A DNA stretch of 64,000 bases from IMG/VR virus record IMGVR_UViG_3300034073_003276; one strand, written 5' to 3'. Position numbers and translations under genes: made by a program. Below are positions 21,658 to 30,577 of the stretch, one piece after another (position 1 is the first letter of the stretch; each line of letters begins with the position of its first letter). Source of the stretch: a virus (Duplodnaviria; Caudoviricetes). The notes under the pieces were generated by a model, which was not told the DNA's origin, searched no databases, and saw nothing but the letters and a program-made list of their open reading frames with translations.

Positions 21658-22917
21658 TCAGATACGAACAGGATGTGGTCGTTTTTCATTACTTTTAATT
21701 GCACACAACCAAGCATTAGTAATAGCAATATTATTATCCCACCAAACAGTATCAAGACGATATTCTTGAAATCTTATTGATGTATTGTGTATATATTGTG
21801 CCTTATCTCCTCTCGTGTAGTACCAGAAACTATTTTCATTCCAATAACTCACATGAGTCGGGTCTTGAAATGCTCCTCTCCCATCAGTTGAGGGTACAGT
21901 AATAAATGCCCAACCACCATCACAGAGAACTCTATGAATTTCATTCATAATATGTATGGGATCTTTAACTTTTTGTAGTATATCATTCGCATAAAGGACA
22001 AATGCACTATTGTCCTCTAAAGGAATTTTATCATTTAAATCACACTGAATATCACAAAAAGATTCTTTACCAATAGAAACACAATTAGGTCTCCTACTAT
22101 GCAATGGACTTATATCAACCTTGAGTAGTTTTCTTTTATCAGCATCATGTTCAGCAAGTTTACATCCATATTGATGAAATAATTCAAAAGTTTTCTCTTG
22201 AATATTTTTTTGCCTTAGAGTTTGTGTATTACTCCCATCAGGAATCCACCTATAATAGTAAAGAACTTTAGGTATATGCACCATTTTAGTATTCAGATAA
22301 GTTCGAATTAACAATTCATGATCATCACAAATGTTAAATTCTGGATTATGTCCATTTAATTTTTGATATTCTGATTTTCTCCAAGTTCTTATGTGATCCG
22401 GAGCATACCAAATAATAGACAATGAATGACTTGTTGGAGGAAAACTATCCATTGCATAATATTTTTCTCCTCTAAATTCTTGGACTGTATGAGTCCAACC
22501 ATTTTCAGGATTCCAAGGAACTCTATCAGGATTAAGATCATACATTACAGCATTACTATAAACAAAACCCACTTCAGGATCTTGATATGCTTTATTCAAT
22601 TCTTCTAGGCAATCAGAAGAAATTAAGTCATCATGATCGACTTCGACTAAAATATCACCTTTAGCAAGATTAAATGCTTTGTGTTTAATAAATCCAATAT
22701 TTTCATGTGATTGTCCAGAAAAAACTTTAACATTATCATTGTCTCTAATTTCTAAAGGAATATCACCCACCTTACATTTTCCATTTACATATATTACCCA
22801 TTCCCAATTAGAGTAGGTTTGGTTTTTTATGGATTCATACAATTCCAAAAGATATGGAATATTAGTTTTTGAATGTTCTGGAGTAATGATGCTAAATTTA
22901 TAGTTCATATCAATCAA
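21658..22917 (-). CDS. GT2 glycosyltransferase fused to a class I SAM-methyltransferase-like domain
   Basis: FSIITP...QTY.NWEWVI...AKGDILVEVDHDD (GT-A fold). The C-terminal IPLEDNS...EIHRVL..GGW..I.VP...GAFQDPTH is MTase-like. Confidence 0.8.
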   Translation of the reverse strand: MIDMNYKFSIITPEHSKTNIPYLLELYESIKNQTYSNWEWVIYVNGKCKVGDIPLEIRDNDNVKVFSGQSHENIGFIKHKAFNLAKGDILVEVDHDDLISSDCLEELNKAYQDPEVGFVYSNAVMYDLNPDRVPWNPENGWTHTVQEFRGEKYYAMDSFPPTSHSLSIIWYAPDHIRTWRKSEYQKLNGHNPEFNICDDHELLIRTYLNTKMVHIPKVLYYYRWIPDGSNTQTLRQKNIQEKTFELFHQYGCKLAEHDADKRKLLKVDISPLHSRRPNCVSIGKESFCDIQCDLNDKIPLEDNSAFVLYANDILQKVKDPIHIMNEIHRVLCDGGWAFITVPSTDGRGAFQDPTHVSYWNENSFWYYTRGDKAQYIHNTSIRFQEYRLDTVWWDNNIAITNAWLCAIKSNEKRPHPVRI

Positions 22918-23491
22918 AGAAAAACATGTGAAAAAGTCTAGAGTCTTCTAAAGTTTGTCCAAAATATTTTGATGCTGCGTGAATACACTTACCATTAAAA
23001 ATAACTAATCGATTAAAAACATTTCCTACAGTATCCACCAATTCAAATTTTGTACTGTCATAAAATCCACCAGAAAAACAATCATCAATTCCATCATCTT
23101 GGTGTCTTTTTTTAGTTTCTTTATGGGCATAAAAAGAAGTACCACATTCAAATGGAGCATTTGGTGTCAAATAAATCATTCCTGCCCACTGTTGATTATC
23201 AGTATGATACACTAAAAGATCTTGGGCATTGCAACTTTGAAAAACACCGTTCATTCCATAATCATCCCAAACATTAATTTTTTTCCCTATAATGTCTTCA
23301 AATACTTTTTTTGTTCCTGGAACAAAATATTGTGTTTGAGTTCTTTTTCCTTTATAGTATCTTAAATCTTCAACAAATTCTTGTTGAAGAGCAAAGTCTC
23401 TTATGATATATGGATCTGAATAAAAATTATCAACTACAAAAATTCTTTTATCAAAGTTGTGGTTAATTGTAGTGTTGGTTAAGAAATTCAT
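22910..23491 (-). CDS. 2OG-Fe(II) oxygenase (DUF6445-like)
   Basis: IFVVDNFYSDP, YHTD (HxD), NVFNRLVIF..KCIHAA...RLFHMFFF. Confidence 0.75.
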   Translation of the reverse strand: MNFLTNTTINHNFDKRIFVVDNFYSDPYIIRDFALQQEFVEDLRYYKGKRTQTQYFVPGTKKVFEDIIGKKINVWDDYGMNGVFQSCNAQDLLVYHTDNQQWAGMIYLTPNAPFECGTSFYAHKETKKRHQDDGIDDCFSGGFYDSTKFELVDTVGNVFNRLVIFNGKCIHAASKYFGQTLEDSRLFHMFFFD

Positions 23492-24570
23492 TTTTTTAAT
23501 TTTTCTATTGCTGTGTTATGTAAATATTGAACATATTCTCCGGTGTCATAATATGCACCATTATGAATCAAAAACATTAAATTTGGAAAAGGATTTTTTC
23601 TTTCAGGATTTATAAGCATACTTGTATAATAGAACATATTTTCAAAATCTTCAAGGTCAAAGTATATTTCAGCAAGACCACATAGATGTTCATTTCTTTG
23701 AAAACAATATTTAGAACATTTTTCATATGCTTCTATTGCTTTATCATATTCTTTACAAAATTTGTATGCATTTCCAACTAAGTATTGGGAATAATAAACC
23801 ATCTCATCTGCTCTACCAACATAATCTACAAAACTTTGACAATAAAAAATACATCTTCTTGCATATTCTTTTTGATGTTCATACCCCAGAGGAAAATCAC
23901 TTCCATAACAATCACTATAACTTTTTCCAACATAAAAGAAATGATATAAATCTTGTAACAAAGTTCCTTTAGAAAGATGCTGTTCTTCTAACTCTAAAGC
24001 ATCTACTAAAAACTTAGTAGGATCTACATAAGAATTTCCTTCACTTGTAATAAACTGTCTAAACTTTGTGTCTAAAGTAAAGCGTTCAAAATCTTCTCCA
24101 CAATCAGGTAAGATAATACATTCATGTCTCTTGTCATGTTTAAATCTCCAAGGAAGTTTTGCATTCCACAACCTTGTTCTAAACCAAGATGCCCCTGTTG
24201 TAGTAGCCATAACATTCCAAGCTTTGACTTCTGTATCTTCTAGTATAGACCAATCAAAGTCATCATCAACAACTAATTGCTCATCAGCATCAATTCTAAA
24301 CAACCAATCACATTCATGATTAGTATTATAACACTCTTGAACTAAATGATCACTATTCCAACCAGGATATCGCCACTCTACATTATAACAATATCCTGGA
24401 ATGTCTTTATCCTCAAAAAACTTTTCTATGATCTCTTGTGTATTGTCTGTACCATTACACTGAATGATCCAATAATCAATATACCTATAACAAGATTTTA
24501 AAACTCTTTCAATAATGTGAGATTCATTTCCCACCATCATATTCAGACACAGTTTAGTTTTTTTCATCAT
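23488..24570 (-). CDS. GT2-like glycosyltransferase with TPR-like C-terminus
   Basis: LCLNMMVGNESHIIERVLKS...GTDNT...WLFRIDADE (DxD) followed by helical repeats. Confidence 0.75.
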   Translation of the reverse strand: MMKKTKLCLNMMVGNESHIIERVLKSCYRYIDYWIIQCNGTDNTQEIIEKFFEDKDIPGYCYNVEWRYPGWNSDHLVQECYNTNHECDWLFRIDADEQLVVDDDFDWSILEDTEVKAWNVMATTTGASWFRTRLWNAKLPWRFKHDKRHECIILPDCGEDFERFTLDTKFRQFITSEGNSYVDPTKFLVDALELEEQHLSKGTLLQDLYHFFYVGKSYSDCYGSDFPLGYEHQKEYARRCIFYCQSFVDYVGRADEMVYYSQYLVGNAYKFCKEYDKAIEAYEKCSKYCFQRNEHLCGLAEIYFDLEDFENMFYYTSMLINPERKNPFPNLMFLIHNGAYYDTGEYVQYLHNTAIEKLKK

Positions 24571-25613
24571 TCTTCAATTTCAGTATTTGGTGTCAAAATG
24601 TGATCTACAAATCCCATTCTTTTCAATTTGTTTGCAGTTCTTGCAATAGTTTGATCTATAGTCAGATACTTATATGTTGCAGTTCTTCCCACAAAAATTG
24701 TATTTTTTTCTTCTTGCATTAAAGGTTTATATTGTTCAAACTGTTCCAGATATTTTCCAAATATCATAGGATAATAAGGATTATTCACTCCCTCAACATG
24801 TTCTATAGGATATTCTCTGGTAACGATTGTTGTTTCAACATCTTGATTATACCAATAAGAATGATCAATTGCCCTATTCCACATATTATTTTTATTACAT
24901 TCATTTAACTGAATATAAACTGTTTTGGGACAATAGATATGTTCAAACTTCAAAGACCTATAAGATAAAGGTCCATGCTGATAGTTAAAATAATTATCTA
25001 CCTTTCCAGTAAAAACTAAAAGGTCACATTTATCTTTAAGTTTTTTCCACTCATCTTTTGGAACATTCAAATGAACTGGAATATCATCAAAAATATTTTT
25101 GAACATATCTACAAATCCATTCTTTGGAAGACCTTGATACTTTTGTGACGTAAAGGAACCATCTGTTCCAGGTTTTCTTACAGGAAGTCTATTCAAAATT
25201 CCCATAGGAAGTTCTTCCATTTTAACTCCCCACATCTTTTCAGAGTAGTCTCTGAAAACCAATTCTTTAATTTCATTATCATCCAATCTTCTTCCAATAA
25301 TTTTATCAGAGTTATCATTATATGGAATTGGAATTCTACCTAACTTTGTATTTGCCCAAACTTGAACTGAAAAGTTATTAAAGGAAGCAAACTGATTTAA
25401 CCACTTCCATACACGTTCACTATCAGTATGAATAGCATGTGGACCATGAGCATGAACCACACAACCTGTTCTTTCATCCACATAATCATAACAGTTTCCA
25501 GACAGATATTCTCTTGTCTCAAATACTTCTACATCCCATCTATTATCTTTTAAAATTCTCGCAGAAGTTGCACCTGCAGTGCCTGATCCAATTACATATG
25601 CCAACATCATCAA
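24567..25613 (-). CDS. glf: UDP-galactopyranose mutase
   Basis: VIGSGTAGA Rossmann motif, GNCYD...HAHGPHAIHTD, YQGLPKNGF..MF, YRSL.FE, PYYP, FVGRTATYKYL. Confidence 0.88.
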   Translation of the reverse strand: MMMLAYVIGSGTAGATSARILKDNRWDVEVFETREYLSGNCYDYVDERTGCVVHAHGPHAIHTDSERVWKWLNQFASFNNFSVQVWANTKLGRIPIPYNDNSDKIIGRRLDDNEIKELVFRDYSEKMWGVKMEELPMGILNRLPVRKPGTDGSFTSQKYQGLPKNGFVDMFKNIFDDIPVHLNVPKDEWKKLKDKCDLLVFTGKVDNYFNYQHGPLSYRSLKFEHIYCPKTVYIQLNECNKNNMWNRAIDHSYWYNQDVETTIVTREYPIEHVEGVNNPYYPMIFGKYLEQFEQYKPLMQEEKNTIFVGRTATYKYLTIDQTIARTANKLKRMGFVDHILTPNTEIEE

Positions 25614-26176
25614 TACCTTGTATTAAAGAAAAACGTTTGAAATAGTCTACCATTATTAATATCATTCCCAAAATAATTTATAGAAGAATGATATAGATTG
25701 CCAGAATAAAGAATTAATCGATTATAGATGTTTCCAACTTTATCAACAACCTCCCATTTTGTAAGATCGTAAGAGTCTTCACCATGATCCTTTTTATCAA
25801 TGGAAAATCTTTCGTTTGTTTCTTTATGCAAGTACAATGCAGTTCCACCATCAATTGGTGCGTTTGGAGTTAAATAACAGACTCCTGCCCACATATTGTT
25901 ATAATCGGAATGAATCCATGTTCTATCCATTGAGGTACAAATCTGAAAAGACCCACTATACCCATCCCCATTTTCATCAAGAAACCAATCAGTTACTCCA
26001 CCACCAGCATAAGATATTAAAGAATTAATAACTTCTTTCTGACTATCATTTAAAAAAGATTTTGTTCTAAGACCAGGAAAATTTCCACGAACAGAAAATT
26101 CTTGATTTAATGCAAAATTCCTAACAGCATCAGGATCACTATAAAAATCATCAACTATTATCAAATTAACTTTCAT
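25610..26176 (-). CDS. 2OG-Fe(II) oxygenase (DUF6445-like), second copy
   Basis: IIVDDFYSDP, WIHSD, WAGVCYLTPNAP..GGT, NIYNRLILY...YHSS. Confidence 0.75.
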   Translation of the reverse strand: MKVNLIIVDDFYSDPDAVRNFALNQEFSVRGNFPGLRTKSFLNDSQKEVINSLISYAGGGVTDWFLDENGDGYSGSFQICTSMDRTWIHSDYNNMWAGVCYLTPNAPIDGGTALYLHKETNERFSIDKKDHGEDSYDLTKWEVVDKVGNIYNRLILYSGNLYHSSINYFGNDINNGRLFQTFFFNTRY

Positions 26177-26445
26177 ACAATTACAGGTTCTCCTTGACCT
26201 TCTGGAAGTTTTTCCCTATAAGAATTTAATTGCTCCACTTTTCCAGCAGGCAGTCCAATCTGTCCAGGAAGTTGTTTATCAGTTGTTGAAGTAATATCAA
26301 TCACTTGATCCATAATAAAACGATGCCGACTGTAAGAGCGATTATTTGAATCAAAACTGACCATCATAATCGCATCATTAATATCACCACAGTGTGCAAT
26401 GACTCTTCCAGTCTTATTATCAGTTACGATCCAGTATTCGTTCAT
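26173..26445 (-). CDS. Hypothetical protein
   Basis: 90-aa ORF, translationally coupled to its neighbour. Confidence 0.55.
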   Translation of the reverse strand: MNEYWIVTDNKTGRVIAHCGDINDAIMMVSFDSNNRSYSRHRFIMDQVIDITSTTDKQLPGQIGLPAGKVEQLNSYREKLPEGQGEPVIV

Positions 26446-26550
26446 TATCTAAAGTCTTTTGATTATTATAGGACACTTCTGGTTTTCTGTAAAGGTTTGG
26501 AAAAGTATCTCTTATAATTTCTGCGAGTTTATAAGGTGTTTCTGTAGTAA

Positions 26551-27264
26551 TCATTTATATTTTTCAAGAGAGTACATTCCATTTTTTTCAACAATTGCCG
26601 TACAAGAATCACACCAATCACCACAACACATATACAGAAGTTTGTTAAAGTATCTCACATTACCATGATGAATATGCCCACAGATTACTCCATTATATTT
26701 TTTATCTCTCTGAACACAGAAAGATGAAATATCAGTCTCATAACGATTGATATAGTTTTTACCTCTTACTGTATTCTTAAGAGCATAAACCAAAGAGAAT
26801 CTAAAAAACCTTTCCAGAAATAAACTTAAAGGTGTAATCAGTTCATATCCTTTATTGAACATTAACTGCTTCCAAGAACCAGAAGAATACTCAGAATACT
26901 TATCTCCATGAACACAAAGAAATTTGTTTCCCTTTGAATCTTCATGAACATATTCATCAACCATTCGGAAGTTCTTATGTTTAAAATCACAATACCGACG
27001 AATCTGACCTTCGTGATTTCCAAGAATATAAACGACTTCTGTACCTTTCTTGATTAGATTCATAATCTGATGAACACACTCAGTATGCTCTTTCGTCCAA
27101 CGAGTGTTATATTTTTCCATACAGGCAATATCAATAATATCACCCACTAAAACTAACTTTTTTGTTTTTAGGTTTTTAATGAACTTATAAAATCTTTCCG
27201 TATCACATCTAGGCGTCCCCAAATGAACATCAGAAATGAATACCGTATCGTAAGTCATAATCAA
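26551..27264 (-). CDS. Calcineurin-like metallophosphoesterase, LpxH (UDP-2,3-diacylglucosamine hydrolase)-like
   Basis: FISDVHLG, LVGDIID, GNHE, VHGD, CGHIH motifs. Confidence 0.8.
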   Translation of the reverse strand: MIMTYDTVFISDVHLGTPRCDTERFYKFIKNLKTKKLVLVGDIIDIACMEKYNTRWTKEHTECVHQIMNLIKKGTEVVYILGNHEGQIRRYCDFKHKNFRMVDEYVHEDSKGNKFLCVHGDKYSEYSSGSWKQLMFNKGYELITPLSLFLERFFRFSLVYALKNTVRGKNYINRYETDISSFCVQRDKKYNGVICGHIHHGNVRYFNKLLYMCCGDWCDSCTAIVEKNGMYSLEKYK

Positions 27265-27534
27265 TATCTTGACGGTGTATATTCAATGTCTTCTAGGATT
27301 TCATTGAGCATTGTACCATATTCTTTAAATCTTTTGTCACCAGCAATAAAACATCTCTGACGCATCCATACCGCATCGGCAAGAAGTTTTACTTGGTCTT
27401 CTGTGAGTGTTATGGTTTTCATTTTAGTATTGCAACCTTCTTATGTAGTAGTTTAATAATGATAATGGTCTGTGAGTGATATGAGAGTTATAAAGACTCC
27501 GAAGAGTATGAAGAATGTGAGGATTGGGAGCATT

Positions 27535-27690
27535 TTATTGATGTTTTTGTAGGTATTTAATCATTTCCTGTAAATATTCAGTTGCTTTATCCCAATTTCC
27601 ATTAAATCTTTCTTCTAATTGATTATAAATTTTTTCTGCTCTTTCATATTCAAGTCCAGTTGATTGAATAAATCCTTCTTTAGTAATCAT
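27535..27690 (-). CDS. Small hypothetical protein (51 aa, MITKEGFIQ...)
   Basis: Hand-translated ORF overlapping the stop of the upstream gene. Confidence 0.45.
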   Translation of the reverse strand: MITKEGFIQSTGLEYERAEKIYNQLEERFNGNWDKATEYLQEMIKYLQKHQ

Positions 27691-28294
27691 AATGTTTTAG
27701 TGTTTTTTCTGTAAGGTTAATGATTTCAGTTATAGGCAATTCTACCATATAACACTCTGTATATCCACTATCTGTGGTCTTAAAATTAATTTTATAATTT
27801 TGATATTTTTGATGAATAAACTTTTCAAGGTGATGCACTTGATAATGTATACCTTTCCATATTTTTATTACACTATGAAGTTTATTTTTAGTATGATTTG
27901 ATAGTTTATTAAAACTCCTACCAACTTTATAAACTAATTTTCCATCAAGATAAACAATCACCAAATACAAATAATCAGTATCAAAATATCTTTTACTCCA
28001 AGGATTTTGATAATTGTTTCCTTTTAATTTTTCTCCATATTTTTTAACTCTTTCATCAGTATCTTTTGTTAGACCTTTATTCCAAGATACTTGTGCTCCT
28101 TTTACTCCCTTATTCCAAGGTTCTTTTCCAATCTGCCATTCAGACCAATTCCTAGAAATATTACAAGATTTTATGTGCTTATATACACTCGGTTTTGGAA
28201 CATTAAGTTGTCTTGAAATCTCATAAGAAGAAAGACCAGACAAATACATTTGTTCCCAAAGTTTCTTATCATCATCAGTATATTTCACATTCAT
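27680..28294 (-). mobile_element. Putative free-standing homing endonuclease downstream of psbA (HTH, NUMOD3-like WNKG repeats, C-terminal GIY-YIG/T5orf172-like domain)
   Basis: Likely start is ATG at 28294 (MNVKY...), because the longer track ORF runs through the psbA terminator. Motifs: SSYEISRQLNVPK HTH; two WNKG; YLYLV...YKVGRS...EKFIH...GYTECY. It has its own TATAAATA late promoter. Confidence 0.6.
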
Positions 28295-28316
28295 TGTGGT
28301 CTGCTCATAGTTATTA

Positions 28317-28324
28317 TTATTTAT
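28317..28324 (-). promoter_or_regulatory. T4-type late promoter TATAAATA for the endonuclease gene
   Basis: Exact consensus, directly after the psbA terminator U-tract. Confidence 0.7.
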
Positions 28325-28350
28325 AAAAAAGAGACCTTTGCAGGTCTCCA
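28325..28350 (-). terminator. Rho-independent terminator of psbA
   Basis: GAGACC-TGCAAA-GGTCTC followed by TTTTTT. Confidence 0.8.
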
Positions 28351-28376
28351 TATTATACCATATATTTAGTTTTATA

Positions 28377-29456
28377 TCAACCGATTGAGGGGGCAGTGAG
28401 AGCAACTTCAGTTGTTGAAGCAGTAGCAAGGTCTAAAGGAAAATTATGTGCATTCCTTTCATGCATAACCTCAATACCAAGGTTTGCTCCATTTACCAAA
28501 TCTGCCCAAGTTTTAACTACACGACCTTGACTATCTTGAATGGATTGATTGAAATTAAATCCATTGAGATTAAATGCCATAGTGCTTACTCCAAGGGAAG
28601 TAAACCAAATTCCAATAACAGGGAGAGCAGCAAGGAAGAAGTGAAGTGAACGAGAATTATTAAAAGAAGCATATTGGAAAATAAGACGACCGAAATACCC
28701 GTGTGCAGCACAGATATTATAAGTTTCTTCTTCTTGACCAAACTTATACCCATAGTTTTGAGATTCTTGTTCTGTGGTTTCACGCACCAGGGAGGATGTC
28801 ACCAAAGAACCATGCATTGCTCCAGCAAATGCTCCACCAAAAACACCGATTACGCCCATCATATGGAATGGGTGCATCAGGATATTGTGCTCTGCCTGGA
28901 ACACAAGCATGTAGTTGAACGTACCAGAGATACCCAGAGGCATCGCATCAGAGAAAGAACCTTGACCGAAAGGATAGACCAGGAATACAGCAGAAGCAGC
29001 AGCAACAGGTGCGCTGTAAGCAACACAGATCCAAGGACGCATACCTAGACGGTAAGAGAGTTCCCACTCACGACCCATATAAGCATAAACACCAATGAGG
29101 AAGTGGAAGACAACCAGTTGGAAAGGACCACCGTTGTAAAGCCACTCATCCAGAGAGGCAGCTTCCCAGATTGGGTAAAAGTGCAGTCCAATTGCGTTGG
29201 ACGAAGGAACAACAGCACCAGAGATGATGTTGTTTCCATACATTAGAGAACCAGCAACGGGTTCACGAATACCATCAATGTCCACTGGGGGAGCACCGAT
29301 GAATGCAATGATGAAACAAGTTGTCGCAGCAAGCAGACAAGGAATCATCAGAACACCGAACCACCCCACATAAAGGCGGTTATCGGTTGAAGTAACCCAC
29401 TGGCAAAAAGATTCCCAGGGATTAGTAGAATTGCGTTGTGCAATAGAAGCAGTCAT
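28377..29456 (-). CDS. psbA: Photosystem II D1 protein (359 aa; start MTASIAQR)
   Basis: Unambiguous D1 sequence; Y161, D170, E189, H190, H215, H332, E333, D342 and A344 are present. No intron. Confidence 0.98.
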   Translation of the reverse strand: MTASIAQRNSTNPWESFCQWVTSTDNRLYVGWFGVLMIPCLLAATTCFIIAFIGAPPVDIDGIREPVAGSLMYGNNIISGAVVPSSNAIGLHFYPIWEAASLDEWLYNGGPFQLVVFHFLIGVYAYMGREWELSYRLGMRPWICVAYSAPVAAASAVFLVYPFGQGSFSDAMPLGISGTFNYMLVFQAEHNILMHPFHMMGVIGVFGGAFAGAMHGSLVTSSLVRETTEQESQNYGYKFGQEEETYNICAAHGYFGRLIFQYASFNNSRSLHFFLAALPVIGIWFTSLGVSTMAFNLNGFNFNQSIQDSQGRVVKTWADLVNGANLGIEVMHERNAHNFPLDLATASTTEVALTAPSIG

Positions 29457-29494
29457 TTTCGTTAAAGGGTAAGTAGTGCTCAGGGGGAACTGAA

Positions 29495-29572
29495 CGAATA
29501 CATTATATCCCACACCACCCTCCAGTGTGGGTATGAGAGACGTGCTTTATACACCCATAGGTCTCGGTTAAC
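29495..29572 (-). ncRNA. PhotoRC-II-like structured 5' leader of psbA
   Basis: AACCGAGACC...GTCTCTCATACC-CACAC TGGAGGGTG GTGTG-GGA matches my recollection of the PhotoRC-II motif found upstream of cyanophage psbA; boundaries approximate. Confidence 0.6.
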
Positions 29573-29622
29573 AGGTGTGGACAATGTTAAGAATTATGAG
29601 GAATCCGTAACATTTGTTTACC

Positions 29623-29656
29623 TATTTATCATAACACGCTGACAAATCCCTGTCAA
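29623..29656 (-). promoter_or_regulatory. Combined early and late psbA promoter
   Basis: TTGACA-17 nt-TATGAT with an overlapping ATAAATA late box. Confidence 0.75.
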
Positions 29657-29817
29657 GCCCTGTATTCCTCGATTTTGTCCAGAACCTTGTTGAGATAATG
29701 ATGTGCCAACCATTTTGGATCATATCCAGATTTATTCATCCACTCTTTATCCAATTCGGATTTTATTTTAAGGACTTCACATCTTATAATATCCTTTGTT
29801 AGTTGTCCTCTTGGCAT
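29653..29817 (-). CDS. Small hypothetical protein (54 aa, MPRGQLTKD...)
   Basis: Hand-translated ORF. Confidence 0.5.
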   Translation of the reverse strand: MPRGQLTKDIIRCEVLKIKSELDKEWMNKSGYDPKWLAHHYLNKVLDKIEEYRA

Positions 29818-29902
29818 ATACAAAAAAACTCTGCCTCTTATTTAGAAGCAGAGTAAAGATATATTAAGTGTTATATCAGACAGTTCAGGTATTATTATTT
29901 AG

Positions 29903-30022
29903 TCACCACACTCCCGGAATTACTTGCCCAGTAGTGAGATAAGTTCCTACGGCAATAACAAATCCAAGCATTGCCAGTCTTCCATTCAGTCTTTCGTTTT
30001 CTTCAGTCCATCCGAATTTCAT
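29903..30022 (-). CDS. hli: High-light-inducible protein (39 aa)
   Basis: MKFGWTEENERLNGRLAMLGFVIAVGTYLTTGQVIPGVW contains the ExxNGRxAMxG motif; below the ORF-track cutoff. Confidence 0.92.
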   Translation of the reverse strand: MKFGWTEENERLNGRLAMLGFVIAVGTYLTTGQVIPGVW

Positions 30023-30269
30023 TTTGTTTCTCCTCGTTTAGTAGTGTTTTGAATAACGATAAATTTGTCTTTTGGTAAAGTACCTGCGATACAGACTTTA
30101 AGTTCGTCATTATTATTCCAGGCACCAGAATCTACTAATTCTTGGAGGGCAAGAGAAAGGTGTCCAAGCATATTAGCACTCATTAATAAGTCTCCAAAAC
30201 TTTTTCAACAGAATAACCTAAAATTACCAAAAAGGCAACACTAGTAATAGTCCAGAGTGCTTCAATCAT
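30019..30269 (-). CDS. Two overlapping micro-ORFs: 30019..30183 (54 aa) and 30183..30269 (28-aa single TM helix)
   Basis: Hand translation; ATGA and TAATG overlaps with the hli genes. Confidence 0.5.
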
Positions 30270-30478
30270 CAGAAGATTCCGAAGAAGAGTTTACCAGTGA
30301 TAGCATAAGAAATGATACCAGCAACAAAGCCGACCATTGCCCAGCGTCCATTCATTTTCTCCGCTTTCTCAGCATAGGGTTCGATACCATAACGCTCAAG
30401 ATCTTCTTTTGTCATATACATTGAGGGCTCTTTGGCAAACATATTCATTTGCCCGAACTCATTTTTAGTTACAGTCAT
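30269..30478 (-). CDS. hli: High-light-inducible protein
   Basis: MTVTKNEFGQMNMFAKEP...AEKMNGRWAMVGFVAGIISYAITG. Confidence 0.92.
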   Translation of the reverse strand: MTVTKNEFGQMNMFAKEPSMYMTKEDLERYGIEPYAEKAEKMNGRWAMVGFVAGIISYAITGKLFFGIF

Positions 30479-30506
30479 TTTTAAATTCATTAAGAATTGT
30501 TACACA

Positions 30507-30535
30507 ATTATATAGGAAATCTAAAGGCGTGTCAA
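30507..30535 (-). promoter_or_regulatory. Sigma70-type early promoter of the hli operon
   Basis: Perfect TTGACA-17 nt-TATAAT. Confidence 0.85.
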
Positions 30536-30577
30536 GCCCTTTTTGTTTGAGTATGCTAACACGATAAGTATAAATGC

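Noticed and set aside
28295-28429. N-terminal 45 codons of track ORF 27680..28429, and 29457..29513 of the psbA ORF
   Set aside because: The first overlaps the psbA 3' end and terminator; the second lies in the structured leader. True starts are taken as 28294 and 29456.
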